A DNA stretch of 64,000 nucleotides from Octopus bimaculoides (taxonomy: Eukaryota), in NCBI RefSeq assembly GCF_001194135.2, contig NC_068990.1, positions 64,474,687-64,538,686 of the forward strand, written 5' to 3'. The translations under genes and the position numbers were made by a program. Below, one piece after another: positions 50,004 to 64,000 of this stretch. The notes beneath the pieces were generated by a model, which worked only from the letters and a program-made list of their open reading frames with translations, was not told the DNA's origin and ran no database searches. The stretch's first letter is position 1, and every line of letters starts with the position of its first letter.

Positions 50004-50849
50004 AATTTTCTATGCTTACTCATGCATAATACCATACATTTACAAAGGATTTCTGTCACCAATACTTTTGCAAGTGGGATTAGGTTTATGTTTTGCATTT
50101 GTCTAAGGTTAAAACATACCTAGAGTTGTCTAAAATATTAACCATTCTTGGAGTAGTTAGCATTAGGAAGGGCATCCAGCCGTAGAAACCATGCCAAATC
50201 AGATTGGAACCTGGTGCAGCTCCCCAGCTTACCAGTTTTCAGTCAAACCGTCCAACCCATGCCAGCATAGAAAACAGACATTAAATTATGATGATGAGAT
50301 TTCTTTTTCTGTCTGTGCATAATTATTACAAATAATGTTTTCCATGTAGATGGCATCTGAATAATTAAACCTCAGTGATTAATTAGTTTAAATATATTTA
50401 AAAACACATTTCTTTTCTTCATCTCATTCTTCTTCACTGAAAAACTTTACCCAACATAATTCTCTCCTTGTAATATTCAAAGATACTTCAATTTTTGCAG
50501 AATTAATTTTGACCAATAACCTAAATATTATTAATTATCATTTATTACTAATACTCTAATATAATTCCCTTAGACATAACAATAAATTCTTCTGTGACTT
50601 ATCTCCTTTCAATGATTCTGACCCCTAGCATCATTACTGTGTCTGTCTGTCTGTCTGGTGTGACAATGAATTTAGAACTCTTAATTCAATCTAGATTTAA
50701 AATGGCTGTAATACTTGATGATATTACATTCAGATGTCTTTATCATTAGTGAGAGTTAATTTTCAGGTACTGCATTTGAAGTCAGCTGCTGTATGTTCTT
50801 GTAAGTGATCCCTCTGAGGGAATTCATTTCTTTTTAGGGGCTTTTGTTG

Positions 50850-52294
50850 GTACAGACAAAGTCTTTGACAGGGTCCCCTGCTACCTTATCTGGTGGGAGA
50901 TGCAGAAGCTAGGGATAGATGAATGGTTGATGAGAGCTGTAGAAACCATGTACAAGGACGCTGTCACTAAGGTGAAAGTTGGCCATGAGTGTAGCAAGGA
51001 ATTTAGTGTACAGACAGGAGGCCACAAAGGATTGGTTCTCAGTACCCTCTTGTTTATCATAGTCCCCAGGCTATAACTGAGGAATTTAAGGTAGGCTGCC
51101 CTTGGGAGCTCCACTACACTGATGACCTTGTTCTTATTGCTGAATCCAGGTGTGGAAGCAAGGTCAGGAATCAACAGGCCATAGAGTTAATTTAGCAAAA
51201 GCCAAAGTCCCAGTAAGAAGGAAAATAGACAAATCACAGATCCTCTCAAGGAGACAAGCCTTCTTGATATGTAGAAAAGGTGTTCGTAGAAACTCCATAC
51301 AGTTGACCCAATGCAAGCTGTTGACACATAAAAGGTGCACAGGAAGGTTAACAGAGAAAGTAGTCATCGTATGTGGCAGATGTGCAGGTGCATTAAACAC
51401 CAGGAATGTACAGAAAATAGACTCCCTCAAATGTCCAGGTGGATCTTTAGAAGTAGTAGATAGTTTCCATTACCTTGGCAACCATGTTAGTAATGGAGGA
51501 GATAGTTCTGAAAGTGTAACTGCTAGAATATGAATGGGCTGGTCAAAATTCAGAGAGCTACTATCTTTGTTAGTAACAAAGGGCCTCTGCCTCAGAGTGA
51601 AAGGCTGATTGTATGATGTCTGTGTACAAACAACTATGCTACATGGCAGTGAGACATGCGCTGTAACTACTGAGGTCATGCAAAGGCTTGAAAGAAATGA
51701 AGCCAGCATGTTCTGCTGGATGAGTGTTTCAGTGTGCATGTACAACAGTGTGATTTGAGAGAAAAATTGGGTATATGAGTCATAAGATGTAGTGTGCAAA
51801 AGAGAAGACTGCACTGGTATGGTTATCATGTGCCAATCTCTAATTGTGGAGGAAATGTGTGGAAGAGGTAGACTCAGGAAGACATGGGACAAAGTGATAG
51901 GAAAGGATCTTCAAACATTGGGCCTCACAGAAAAGACAACAGATGGCAGTTTCTGTGTTTGAGATGACATGTCAAGCTAAGTAAAATTGTAGCCGTCCAT
52001 GCATAGAGGCATGTCCTCTACATCCTTCTATCAGCTGAGAGAACTTGGTCTTGTGAGCTCATGGGTGCTAGTGCCACATAAAAGCACCCATGCTATGTAA
52101 GTGCCTGTGACAGTGCCACATTTAAAGCACCCAGTACATTCTGTAAAATGGTTGATGTTAGGAAGGGCATGCAGCTGTAGAAATCATGCCAAAACAGACA
52201 AATGAATCCCAAACAGCTCTGTAGCCGACCAGCTCCTGTTAAACCATGCAACCCATTCCAGCATGGAGAATGGATGTTAAATGATGATGATGAT
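50850..52294 (+). mobile_element. Decayed RTE LINE (RT C-terminal half, PHD-like finger, tail)
   Basis: KVFDRVP..LIWWEMQKLGIDEWLMRAVETMYKDAVTKVKVG, ELHYTDDLVLIAE, CRKGVRRNSIQLTQCKLLTHKRC..RLTEKVVIVCGRC and SFHYLGNHVSNGGDSSESVTARI. (GAT)n tail ends at 52294. Confidence 0.85.
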
Positions 52295-52762
52295 TTAGTG
52301 ATGTGCATTTGATGAACATTATTTTTTACCATGTGATTGACCAGTGAAATTACTTGCAACAAATGTATTTATCATGATTGGATCAATGGGGAGCCATTGT
52401 AGTGAATTAGAGACGTAATTTAAAGTGGAATTATTTATGCAGCATCGACTGACATACATTGCTCTTGACTGTATCACAATATCTGAGAATTAAATTAAGG
52501 GTATTTCATTTATTTCACTGGAGTGATAAAATCAATTGTATGATCCTTTGTGGTATTAGTTTATGTTAGCTAAAATGAACTAAGGTGATATAGAAGAAAA
52601 TGATATGCTTCATATGGATTTGTTCACAGGATCTATGAATAGATTCAATAACTTATTCTCTCATACATCACTCAGTCACCATTAGCTTTTCTTCCTTACT
52701 CCTTGTACATAATGCTTGAATTTATTTACTCGTGTTTTTTTTCTTCTTTATTTTACTTTCAG

Positions 52763-52839
52763 ATCGACGCCAATGGTGTGCAATTGTTGTGTTGATAGTT
52801 ATAATGGTGATTATCATAGCTCTATTTTTTATACTCTGA
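52763..52839 (+). CDS. STX6: Syntaxin-6 terminal coding exon 8 (tail-anchor transmembrane segment and stop)
   Basis: ttttactttcAG acceptor. G|AT then RRQWCAIVVLIVIMVIIIALFFIL, TGA at 52837-52839. Contains the characteristic DRRQWCAI followed by a hydrophobic anchor. Confidence 0.95.
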
Positions 52840-52869
52840 TGAAGTGGGATTGTTGCTGGCATTGTGGTT

Positions 52870-52900
<31 letters not shown>

Positions 52901-54569
52901 GAGGTGGGTGGGTATGGATAGGAATGGTCGGTATATGGCCGAAATCATACAAGTGTCTGAGCTACTCTACAACAACAACACCAACATGAAAAGAAAAGAA
53001 GAAAAAACAAAATGGAAAAAAAGAACAAATAATAAACACACAAAAAGTGGTTATTTGTTCCTGCCTGATTTTGGTGATTCTATGCATATTCTGAATACAC
53101 TAAACTTTTAACAGCAACACCAGTAGTAACAACAACAGTTTGTAGCGCAGCCACTGCCTGCACTGGGCTGCAGAAGAAACTCCCAACCATTGATAATACC
53201 CCCTTCCCCCCACATTCACATTTCTGTAACTAAAACAACAAAGCACCACTCAGTTCTAGTGTCTGTGTTTGGGATATGACGCCTGTTCACTGCTGTCCAT
53301 TCTTCGAGGACTTTCAGAAGTTCAGAAGTCTGGAAGCTGAAAATGTTGGCTGATCTAGAAGATAGAAGTGTGGCCTGCAACATTCCAGCACCTGTTATGG
53401 TCCAATGTGAATCTCTTGTAAACAGATTTATAAATCAAACAGACAAGATTTGGTTTTGTTTATATTTTATTAATACCATTATTATTATTGATTTTTGGTT
53501 CTTCTTTTATTCTCAAAGACACTGGTTGGTATAAAGTGAAAGGAGGGAAAAAAACGAAAAACAGAAAATAAGACACTTATCAACTTACTAATTAAGCTAA
53601 CAAAAACTTTGTATGTCTTGAGGCCTATTATTTACTCTTCATTACAAACATCCTTAGATTTTCTGCACACACACACACACACACACATACATGGTGTCAT
53701 ATATTGATACACATGTACAAACATATGTGAAATATTTGCAGTTTCCAAAAGACTTGTTTCTAATTTAACTATTTTAGTTTAATCATAATTTTCATCATCA
53801 CCATCATTAATCATGTTTCTCTTTTCTGTTAAATTTTACTTTCAACACTTAAATATAAAAACTATAATACTTGAAAAAAAAAAAAAAATACCAACAAAGT
53901 AAATGAAACCATTTACTAAAGCTATAGACATGTTCCAATGTAAATTTGATTGGTTAGTTCAATTTGTTTGAGAAAGAAAAGAAAATAATAAATTATGCAA
54001 CATACCTTCAGAAGAAGATAGACTGAAAGTAGTATCTTCTTTTATTGCTTTTGTTTTTGTTTATTCTTGTTTTTAATATATAAAAACCAACCCCGATTAA
54101 TTTGTTTTAATGAATTTTAAATTTCGAATGAATTATAGACTGAATGAAACTTTTATTTCTTATTGTTTTTGTTGTTATTGCATCCCTGTTCCCTTCTTAA
54201 TACACATGATAATAGTGACGACAATGAATAGCTTTGAGTACTTAAAGAAATCATTGCTATCAGTAATGGAAAAACATGATAAGGCTGAATGGATCGTAAG
54301 CTTTAGTTTGTTTCTTGTTATTCTAAATTTTCATATCCTGCTGGACATTTTATGCTAGCAACCCTCGTCATTGATACACTTAAGTGGACTCACTTGATTT
54401 CATTCCTTCTTTACAAAACTAAACCTTGAGTTCAGTAAAAAAGAAAAATACAAGTCACCATCGTCTTTATAATTAACTATTGGTGAGTATCACAGTTAGG
54501 TGATGAGTTAACCCTTTAGCATTTAAACTGGCCATATCTAGCCAACATAATCTACCTGTTTTATCTTCT

Positions 54570-54750
54570 GACTGGCCTGACGAAATGCTTAGCGGTATTT
54601 CATCTGCCGTTACGTTCTGAGTTCAAATTGCACCAACGTCGACTTTGCCTTTCATCCTTTCAGGGTCGATTAAATAAGTACAAGTTACAAACTCTGGTCG
54701 ATGTAATTGACTTAATCCCTTTGTTTGTCCCCTGTGGGCAATAAAGAAAT
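54570..54750 (+). mobile_element. SINE-like repeat (ctttcatcctttcggggtcgat family) nested in a piggyBac-type MITE
   Basis: gagttcaaatt..gtcgactttgcctttcatcctttcagggtcgattaaataagtac. Homologues at about 20690-20830, 22705-22905 (-), 35250-35430 (-), 37735-37930 and 42180-42335 (-). Confidence 0.7.
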
Positions 54751-57700
54751 AAATATTCTACAAATAAACAATCATGTCATTGAAATCACAAAGCTATGAG
54801 ATAATGCATGACTAATTCATATCAATGTGAAGAAATAAGCATTACATTTAACAGAGTAATTAGTCAGTGAGGGTTTCAATTCCTTGTCTGGAGTTACCTA
54901 ATTTTACTGATGTTTCTGATCCTCTTAGGATTAGTATGAATGTCATCATTTTCAATTCCACCATCTCCTTTTACTCTACTTTTTTTTTAACGGGTTTCAT
55001 TCATGTTTGTTTAAGAACTTCTCTGTGGTAGAAGTTCTACATCAATACAAAACTGCGTTCTGATTTTAACTCTTTTGAATCATAGAAGAAAAAAAAAAAT
55101 TGACAAATATACATTGGAGTTTGTAATGAAATCAAGAAATGTAAAATCTGAAGATGTCACAGTTGTCTACCATTATTTTCTCTTAAAACAAGCTGTTATG
55201 AAACAGTATTTCTTTTCATTTCCAACTTATTCTAAGACAGTTGTGTATTTTATTTTTCCTCCTAAATTTACTCTTTCTTTTAGCTGATAGGACAAATGAA
55301 ATTAAGTTTATAAATATGAGATTTTGTGTACATTTAGGTAAATATATAGTTAACTCTTTAGCATTCAAATTTTTGTCAAACGTAATTTTTTATTTTTTTT
55401 ATTCAAAATGTTTAAAATTAATCATGCATTATCTTATAGCTTTGAAGTTTCAGTGATGTGGTTGTTTATTGTTAGAATGTCAGTGTTGGGTAGATACAAG
55501 AGGCTTGGATGGCCAGTTTCAATGTGAAACATAGACTATTTGGGCCAGATATGGCCGGTTTAAATGCTAAAAGGTCAAACCATACCATTGTATCTTACCC
55601 TTATAAATATTTCGGCTACTATTACTGATCCTCAATAGATGCAAAGTAGAAATAAGATTCCCATCCACTGATGAGAATATCTACTTGGATATATTTGTGG
55701 AAACATGGTATGGATTGAGTTATTTACTTACACATATATCATCAATTCTACATATTGTTTACAAGATGCAACCCAAAATGGTTATTTTAATGTCCATTTT
55801 TTCTATACTGGTATGAATTGGACTACTATTTAGTACTACATATCGCTTCTCTTCTCGATCTTAAGCCATTTCAACTGTTAGGCACATCTTGACAGCCAAA
55901 TGTGTTGCTTTCTACTGAATGCCATGGTTTCAATCAACAGGTGCACAGCATTCATCCCACTGTAATGTGTGAAGAGAATAAACAGCATAGGTGCAGGCTT
56001 GGTTGTGTGATTGATAAGTTTGTTTTGTAACTTGTTTTGGCTCAGTCCCATTGTGCAGGTGTCTTCTACTACAGCCCTGAGCCAGTTAATGCCTTCTGAG
56101 TGAATTTGGTAAACAGAAATCTTGTGAAAGCCCCTTGTAAATATATGATATGTATATTTGTGTCTCAGAGCTCAACAACCAATGTTGATTCGTTTACATC
56201 CCCACAACTTAGTGGTTTAGCAAAAACAGCCCATTAGAATAAGTACCAGATTAAAAAAAAAAAGTACTAGGGGCTATGATTGACTAAAATCCTTCAAGCT
56301 GGTGTCCCAGCATGGCCATAGTCCAATGAATGAATCAAAAGAAAGCATATATACAATTTGTAATTTTCTCTTAAAAATCAAAATAGCTTTGCTTATTTTT
56401 CAAGAAGCAGTTAGAGCCCAAGATGTGATTCTCAAGTTACAGTTTAGGTATCTCCATTGCTTTTTCCCAAAACCCATATAACTTCATATTTGTAAATATT
56501 ACTTGAATGAGAGAGACACTTCTAAGAAATCTTTACTGGCAATGTTGCATATATATTTTACATTAAAATAACTTATTTCTTGTATTGCTATTCATAAAAA
56601 AAACATTTTCATACATATAAGTGTATTTAAGTGTGATGGCATTCAGACTACTGACAGATGCTGTTTCTTTCTCTGGTTAATTAAAAAGATTTTCTTTAAG
56701 CGAAGTACAATACACTAATTGACCCACTCAACTCCTAAACAGTGGTGTGACCTGCTCCAGTTCTCCCTCAAACCGTTATTGTGTTAAAAAAGGACTATGT
56801 AGTCCAGGATATGCTATTGCTGAATAGCCCTAACTTTAAATGTTTTTAATCAAGACTAAACAACCCCACTAAACTGTCATCAGTGACACTATTGCTTCTC
56901 TTGAATAATATATTTGTCTCACCCATGCTAGCACGGAAAGCAGATGTTAAGCAATGATGATTAGTCTGTCATCTAATTTTATAAATCATTCAAGTGTAGC
57001 ACCTTGGCCCTTCTAGTTCATCTGCCCATTAAGATTTGGTTTTAATGAGATAGAATCATGTTCAAGGCTCAAGTTATTCAATATAAACTGCAGCCTTCTT
57101 GGGTGACATTTTTTGTTATGTAAACAATTGATGAAAAAGTTCAGATAGGAACAACTGTCTCCCTGCAAGTTAACCTGGTTGATGTGCATACTTTTAGAGA
57201 AACATTATCTAAATCTGGACCAATTGAGATTTCTATGTGGTTGCTTCATCTGATAGAAATAGTAGCCATCACCCACCCACCCAGCCTTATCTTTAGAAGT
57301 TAGACACATAGGAGAATATAGTTAAAAAATAACACTGATCATGATTGTAATGTTTTGATCATAGGTTTGCTCTGGAGTGAAACTACACTATCCAATTTCT
57401 TATTACCTTTGTTATGTGGAATAGTTAGTTTTGAGTAAAATTAAATTCATCACCTGTTTATTAGATAATAATTTTAGGAATGCCTAAAACATTCTTTTTC
57501 ATCAACTTGTCTGGATTTTCTCAGGAAAAGTTGCAAATAATTGTTTTCCCTTAAGAACTAAGCACAGGGTTTGTTTTGTCACAACCATTTTTGTAACAGA
57601 ATGAAGCTCTAATGTAAAAGGGCTACATTCAGAATAACTATTGGCAGTTTGTGGTTCTGTGTTCCAGGATCACTGAAGATATTTTTGGTGAATGCAATAT

Positions 57701-60700
57701 ATACAAGTAACAGCTAGAGTTGTAAGGAAACAATACTTTTCAGTAATTATACAGCCTACCTAAGGCAAGTACAGCTCTACAAAGATTATTGCTCTCAATA
57801 TACCAATTTATTCAAGGTTTCAGTCTTGATTATAAATGGCATCTATTTACAACTAGGTTACTGAGCTGTTATAAATTTAGTGAATTGATACAAGCTGTAA
57901 TACAGTGTAAATTGTATTTTCTAGTATAATCAAAAGATTATTGGGATTATCAGGACACTGAAGAAGGAATCATTTGTACATTCTCTTGGATGATAATAAA
58001 AGGAAACAATCAATTTTTTGTCTGCTCTATATGTATAAAATATTTCCAAATATAAAGACCAGTATTTAGAAATTTATAAAGAATTTGCCCCTATTTTTAT
58101 GTAGATTCATTGGATTAGGAAAGTAGTATTAAGTTTATTTTGTTTTTATGATTAGTCAGAAGAGATTAAATGACATTTATGTTGATTTGGTCTTTACTTT
58201 GAAATTTATTAACAAAAATGCTTTGTGGAAATAAACCTTGGATTATGGTTTATTTTAGTGGAAATGACGTTGAAATTCTAACATTGTACCTTGAATTTGT
58301 TTAGAATTTATTATTAGTAGTAGTAACACTTCTAAATTTTTTTTGTTGCTAACTGAATTGTTGATATCCATAGCTGTGATTTGAGTTAAGTGACTGGGGT
58401 AAAGTCTGGAGTATTGGATTTAGATGTTGCAGGAATGTTGATATTAAAACAGGATTTGTTTGTTTGTTTTTTGATGTTTTTTTTTTTTACTTCTTCGATA
58501 TTCACTGTGAATGTGTATAGAGTGAACATTTATGGTTATTTTACAAGATGCCTTTGGAAAAAAGGCATGAAAATTGCCTCCTCACCAGCTCTATGAGCTG
58601 ACTTGATTTGAAAATGAAAAACTGACTTATTTAGATATTGTCATTCTTACTTTAACTCTGTTCAAATCTGGTGTCAAATATTTCGTAGTTTAAAAACAAA
58701 ATTTCTGTAGAATTTTTGGGAATGCAAAGTCATTACAAAGATTTGTTTTTTAATTAAGATTTTTTTTTCTTTGAAAACTTAAAAATCATATAAAGTTTGT
58801 AGGAATGTAGAAGCAAAGAAATACAAAGAGTATTTAAACCAGCAGAGATTCCTTAAAAAAAAAAAGGAATGTAACCCAACCCCACTTTATTTCACCAGAC
58901 AAATCTGTTCTTCCAGTGTTTGACTGTTTTACTTTTAACACCTGTGAAGTAATACTATAGCCATTAAGGTTTTATGGGATGTAATCTTAAATAAGGGAAA
59001 GTAATACTAAACAAAAATCTGTTTTAGGACCCTTCTAAATCAAAGACTGCTGCCTTGATGCAGTGTTAAGTTCTCAGTGTAATGAGTTTTGTTGCAATTA
59101 TTTTTATTTCCAGTTAATAGAACAGGCATTGACATCACTAATTCTCTATTTCCTTTCTCCAAAATATGTAAGAAAGTATTTTGTTTGAAATTTCTAATTG
59201 ATTGACTTTGAAATATTTGAGAGAGTATGTAAAACTTGTAAATAAAGCATTATATAAAGATATTTTTTCCTTATAAATTTGCAATGAAAAAACCATTTGA
59301 AAATATGGATAAATATTGTGTAAAATATGATTATGCCTATGTTTTGAGTATATTTCTTTGTATGAGAGAATTTGATTTCAGCACTGAAACAAACCAAATT
59401 ATTATCTAGTTAGTTTGGAGCTCCATCTTAACCTATTCTCTATTAATCTCAGTCAAATGGTGGTAGGGATTAGTACAGTACTACAGTGATCACATAGATT
59501 CATATAACTTAATTTGCTCAGTCATTGCAACTCTTCTGTGTCTGGACAGGTTCATACAAGGGATAGAGATGAAAGCAACTTTTTTCAATATTATTCAAAT
59601 ATGTTAACTGATATTTTCATAGATATCAAATTGGAATTTGATTTTACAAGCTGAAAACAATATTTCATTGGTAATATATACTCTTAGAGTCGGTAACAAC
59701 ACTTGAAATAAAACTGCATTGCACCAAATTAGATATTTTCCAATCATCAATAGGAAATCATTTTGAATTACCTTTAGTCACTAGCCTTAATAGTAAAGAC
59801 AGACTAGTCATCCAAAGATCTCAGAAAGAAATGTGAGAAAAAGTGCTAGAGTTTTCTCTCTAACATCATTGAAATTAAATTACTTCATAAACAGGTTCTG
59901 CTCAACTAGCAAGCAAGGTCTGTTGTGTAGCTAGTCTTAAAGTTAAAAAAAACATCTGGAATCAAGTTTTAAGAGTGCTGTGTGTGTGCATTTGGTTCTG
60001 ACAAGAACATCACTAATGATGGAAAGAAGCAATGAAAATCATGGTGAAAGTAGAAGGTGCGTATTTTGTGTAGTTTTTGGAGGCTCAATTTTGAGAAATA
60101 GTTAACTAGAGCACTTAGAGTTGCAGTGTGGCTATGTTATTTGTGGTGGAAGTGGTGGTTATAATATGAACTGTGGTGTAAACAATGCTGAGAATGCTAC
60201 TAATAGACGTTGCAGAATGTTAACTTTTAGCCACATAAGATGCTGTGCATCTTTAAATGTATTCTGTGTAGATACAAGGAAGGGAAATAACAATAGCATT
60301 AGTAGCTGGAAGTGGATACTGTTGATAGAAGTACTGGATAGAGTAGGAAATGAATTCTAATGCATGAAGAGATGACATATGAGATAAAGCACTTCAGTTT
60401 AACTGAGGTAAGTGAAATAGTGCCAACACAGTGAGCAAGGTGAAAATCTGTACGTCAGTATAGCCTCCAAAAAGATTAACATAACTGGACTCTAGCTTGG
60501 TATCTGTAATAACTCTAATGGTACAAGTAATGAAAGAGGAAGCAATTTAGGATGAGTTTAACTATATAAGTCAGCAAGATTGGATTTAATTATGGAGAGA
60601 TGACCAAGGATTTACTTTAGATTGCATAGTGGAAGCAGATCAGAAGAGGTTACATTTTGAACTGTTACAATATTGGATCTTTTCTGTTTGGCTGCCACTT

Positions 60701-63134
60701 TACAGTTTCTGTTCCCATTGACTTCATATTTGGTGTAATGGTGTTGTTTTGTATGCTAATCATTGTCATAAAATTCATTTTCGTCATAGATCAGTAAATA
60801 AAGAGTAAACAGCTTTTAAAGTTTGCAAGTTTTAGGTAACTTTAGACAGTATGCTACAGACACATTCATGCCTGTTTCCATAGTAATGAGTCAAGCATGA
60901 ACTCTTGTCTGCAGGAAAGTACATGTGTTGACATATATTCTATGCATTAAAGTGGTCATGAGATGTAAAAATAACAGCTGAACAGGCCTTAAATCACACG
61001 CCTCCAATTTTTTTTGTTTTTAAAATTTTCTTAAAATTCCCAAAACATAAGTTATAAGGGGTTATATAGTGTGCATAAAGCAGAATTCTGCCAATATTTC
61101 ATTTGTTTACAGTTTACAACACACAAAATGACAGTTTCCAAATCCTTTTTTCTAACTGGGTAAAAATGATCAAACTTTAAACCTCTACAATTTTTTTAAA
61201 ATAAATTTTCTGGAAAAAGTGAAATATCTCCTGAGAAAAATATAGAAAATTACATCAATACACCAAATTTTAAATTTTTCAACAATCTTTGAAATTTCCA
61301 CAGGTGCAGCCAAACAGGAAAAATCCCAATATTAGCTTCTGGTTTAATCTTAGATAATTTCAAATAGAAGAATAGGTTGTGAAGGTAATGTAAGGCTTCT
61401 TTCCAGTAGGTCAATTTGCCAGACCAACATAGTACCATTTTTATTGCTTAGTTTGAGGCCAATATTATCTCAGTTGCAAGGTGCAGCAATTTCAGATGTG
61501 TGAATATTGCAATACTTGGGTTATTTTTTGAAATTGAACAAATTCAGATTACTATAGCACTTGTTTACAAACAAGTCCACCAACTTTTACAGATATTGAC
61601 TGCTTAACAAAGATATGAGGAAAGTGAAAATTTGTCTGTAAAGTTGTCCTGTCAGGCATTCCAGTTTCCTGCTGTGGAAGAATGCTTTCAGATAGTTCTG
61701 ACAAAGGAAACATTTGGTGTTGATGTGTACCTTGAAATTAGTCTCTCTGTGAAGGAAACAAAGCCCAAGCCTGGTTTGCTCAGAGTTTGAGAAAGATTGA
61801 TTCCTCAGAATGATTATAGGAGCAGCATATAACGTTTATCAGAAGTATGGACAGAATCAGAGACTGGATGGATGGATCAACAGAATTTGTGGGTTTTGTT
61901 TCCAAGCAATCTTTAAGTTCAATGTTAAGACTGCCAAACAAGGAAAGTTCTGGATTGAAGCAGTAAAGAAGAATAAATGGTAGAAGATACAAATAAAGAG
62001 CCTTAAGTAATCCTGTTTGTTATTGATGGGGTGAACGTTGCAGCACATAAGACACTTGGATGAAGAAAAATAATGAATTGTTGAAGTAACATGAGAACAT
62101 TAAAGGATAGAATTATACTTGAAAATGATGTGAAATGATGCTGAGACCAAGAATGTGTACATGGCAACAGAAGCAAGGTTTAATGAAGATGTGTGTGATA
62201 AAGCTACTGCAGGCAGTGGAGAAAATAGATGTATATATGTTCTGTGTGGAGTCAGATCAACAAGAATCCTACCCTCTATCACTTTAGTAGTATCTTATAA
62301 GATCAATCAGCATTATCTCCAGTTGAAACATACTCATATTGTGACAAACCCCTCATTTCACTCCTCAAAAGCCTTTTGAACACACATCATCCATATCAAA
62401 ACTAAAAGACATGTACCACTGTCCCATGAATAAAAGCCTTGCAAACATCTTTCAGATAGGAACTTTGCATCTTACTGTCCTCTAACATCATCAATATACA
62501 GCTAAAGGAAATATAAAACTAGACTTTCTCAAACCCTCAACTAAAACCCATAACAAACTTTCTCAACCTGATTATCTCTCACAGCAACTACAAATCAATA
62601 ACAGTTAAAAAACTGCATCTTAAAGACTAAGCTTCCTCTCTAGTAACAGAAAATATTCTGGCTATAATCAATTGCTCACCTTCAACAAAGCTCAACTGCA
62701 TCTGCATATCACATTCTATTTGAAACAAAGCAGCAACACTGCAAATATACATTATACACCTGTCAAAACACACACACACATACACGCAAACAAAAAACAA
62801 CAACAGTACCATCATCTTCCCATCTCTTTTACTGTTGATAAAGTAGTTCTTGCTCTTCTCAACTAGCAAATATATACCAATTCCACAGCCATCGTTATTC
62901 TTTACTGCTTCACCAAAAAAAATTCAATAACTGAACCATTATTTCTGACACCAGACCCCATTACCAACCTCATTTCCTCAAAAGATATCACTCAGCAAAA
63001 ATCCAAAGTGAACACTGGGTGTGAGGTTGAGGAATAGTGCCTAACATATTTTTAAAAGTAGATGTAAAAGCATTGCTGGAGAAAATTCACACAAACATAA
63101 ACAAATCCCTCTAGAAGACACTTTATCCTTCCTG

Positions 63135-63295
63135 TCATGACTGTATCATTTTTTTCTTTGGATCAAAAATATATCGTTTAAATGATAAAATTATCTTCAC
63201 TGGTTCTTGATCGGCTCCAGGTGAAACAGCCTCAGCAGTTTTTCCCTTCTTCTTTGAACTAGAATATCTCTGAAGGACTTCCTCACTCAAACCAT
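63135..63295 (-). CDS. Candidate terminal coding exon of an unidentified convergent gene
   Basis: Minus-strand T-rich tract ending ttattgcAG, then 161 nt reading DGLSEEVLQRYSSSKKKGKTAEAVSPGADQEPVKIILSFKRYIFDPKKKMIQS-TGA. Composition is protein-like, but I recognise no family and found no upstream exon. Confidence 0.4.
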
Positions 63296-63804
63296 CTGCA
63301 ATAATATGTAAACAAATAAATATATATAAAAGAAAAATCAACTAAATGTTTGAAGTCATTACTGAGGTTATTTTATAGAGCATCATCCAGGTGAGAGCAA
63401 AATGTCAAGATAAAGGTACTTTTTAGACTATGAAAATAAAAGAAACTTTGCTACACAGTAATTGATCTCTTCAAGCAACATTGAGCCTCATTAATACTTA
63501 GATGGGTGACTATTTGGCTACAATATATCTAAGTGCTGTGCATGTATTTGTGTGACTTCGAAATAATTTGTTTGAAGACACCCAAAGGACTACAAAAAGT
63601 TGGATATCATTTAGTTTCTGATTGGTGACAAGTAGGCAAGTTCTATAAATCAGTTTATTTCTACATCCATAAATATCTAGAATTAATCAACAATTTGATA
63701 TCACAATCTTTTTTGGTTGCCAGATCAGCATTTTCTCTCTTCAGGTTAAAATCCAGAAATTCTTTTAAAGACAAATAATGATTCATATACACTATTATAT
63801 ATAT

Positions 63805-63888
63805 AATAACTCATTATATATATATATACATATATACACACACATATATATATACATATATACACACACATATATATATACATATACA

Positions 63889-63940
<52 letters not shown>

Positions 63941-63959
63941 CATATACATATATATATAC

Positions 63960-63994
<35 letters not shown>

Positions 63995-64000
63995 CATATA
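63805..64000. repeat. (TA)n/(TACA)n compound microsatellite
   Basis: Directly visible; runs to the window end. Confidence 0.95.

Noticed and set aside
52872-53045. Poly-T after the stop codon followed by an A-rich tract (possible hairpin; AATAAA at 53031-53036)
   Set aside because: Low-complexity complementarity, and the hexamer is expected by chance in an A-rich run, so the poly(A) site cannot be called.
62680-62759. 80-nt minus-strand segment with AG/GT boundaries and one open frame (CIMYICSVAALFQIECDMQMQLSFVE)
   Set aside because: Lies downstream of the stop of the candidate 63135-63295 exon, the acceptor derives from a (TG)n repeat, and no homology is recognised.

Overview
AT-rich, microsatellite- and transposon-dense animal genomic DNA with seven assembly gaps. 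The repeat repertoire resembles what I recall for Octopus; that attribution is an inference. The window holds coding exons 2-8 of a syntaxin-6 (STX6) gene on the + strand: 7918-8087, 32510-32604, 38975-39037, 44314-44433, 46748-46854, 48610-48704 and 52763-52839. They join in one frame to give the Habc/Syntaxin-6_N region, a YxxL motif, a Qc-SNARE helix and a C-terminal membrane anchor. Exon 1 appears to lie upstream of the window. The most notable feature is intron 2 (8088-32509, about 24.4 kb including Ns). It has a minor-spliceosome (U12) 5' site ATATCCTTT, a U12-like branch point 11 nt from the 3' end, and rare AT-AA termini. It also overlaps an in-frame GT-AG alternative that would add 4 aa. 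The introns contain decayed RTE LINEs carrying a PHD-like finger, four Tc1/mariner-type relics, an R4/Dong-like fragment, tRNA-derived SINEs and several MITEs, including one with a head-to-head telomeric-repeat core. A possible terminal exon of an unidentified convergent gene lies at 63135-63295 (-). I found no new multi-gene system. Most entries in the ORF track are microsatellite, gap or repeat artefacts.
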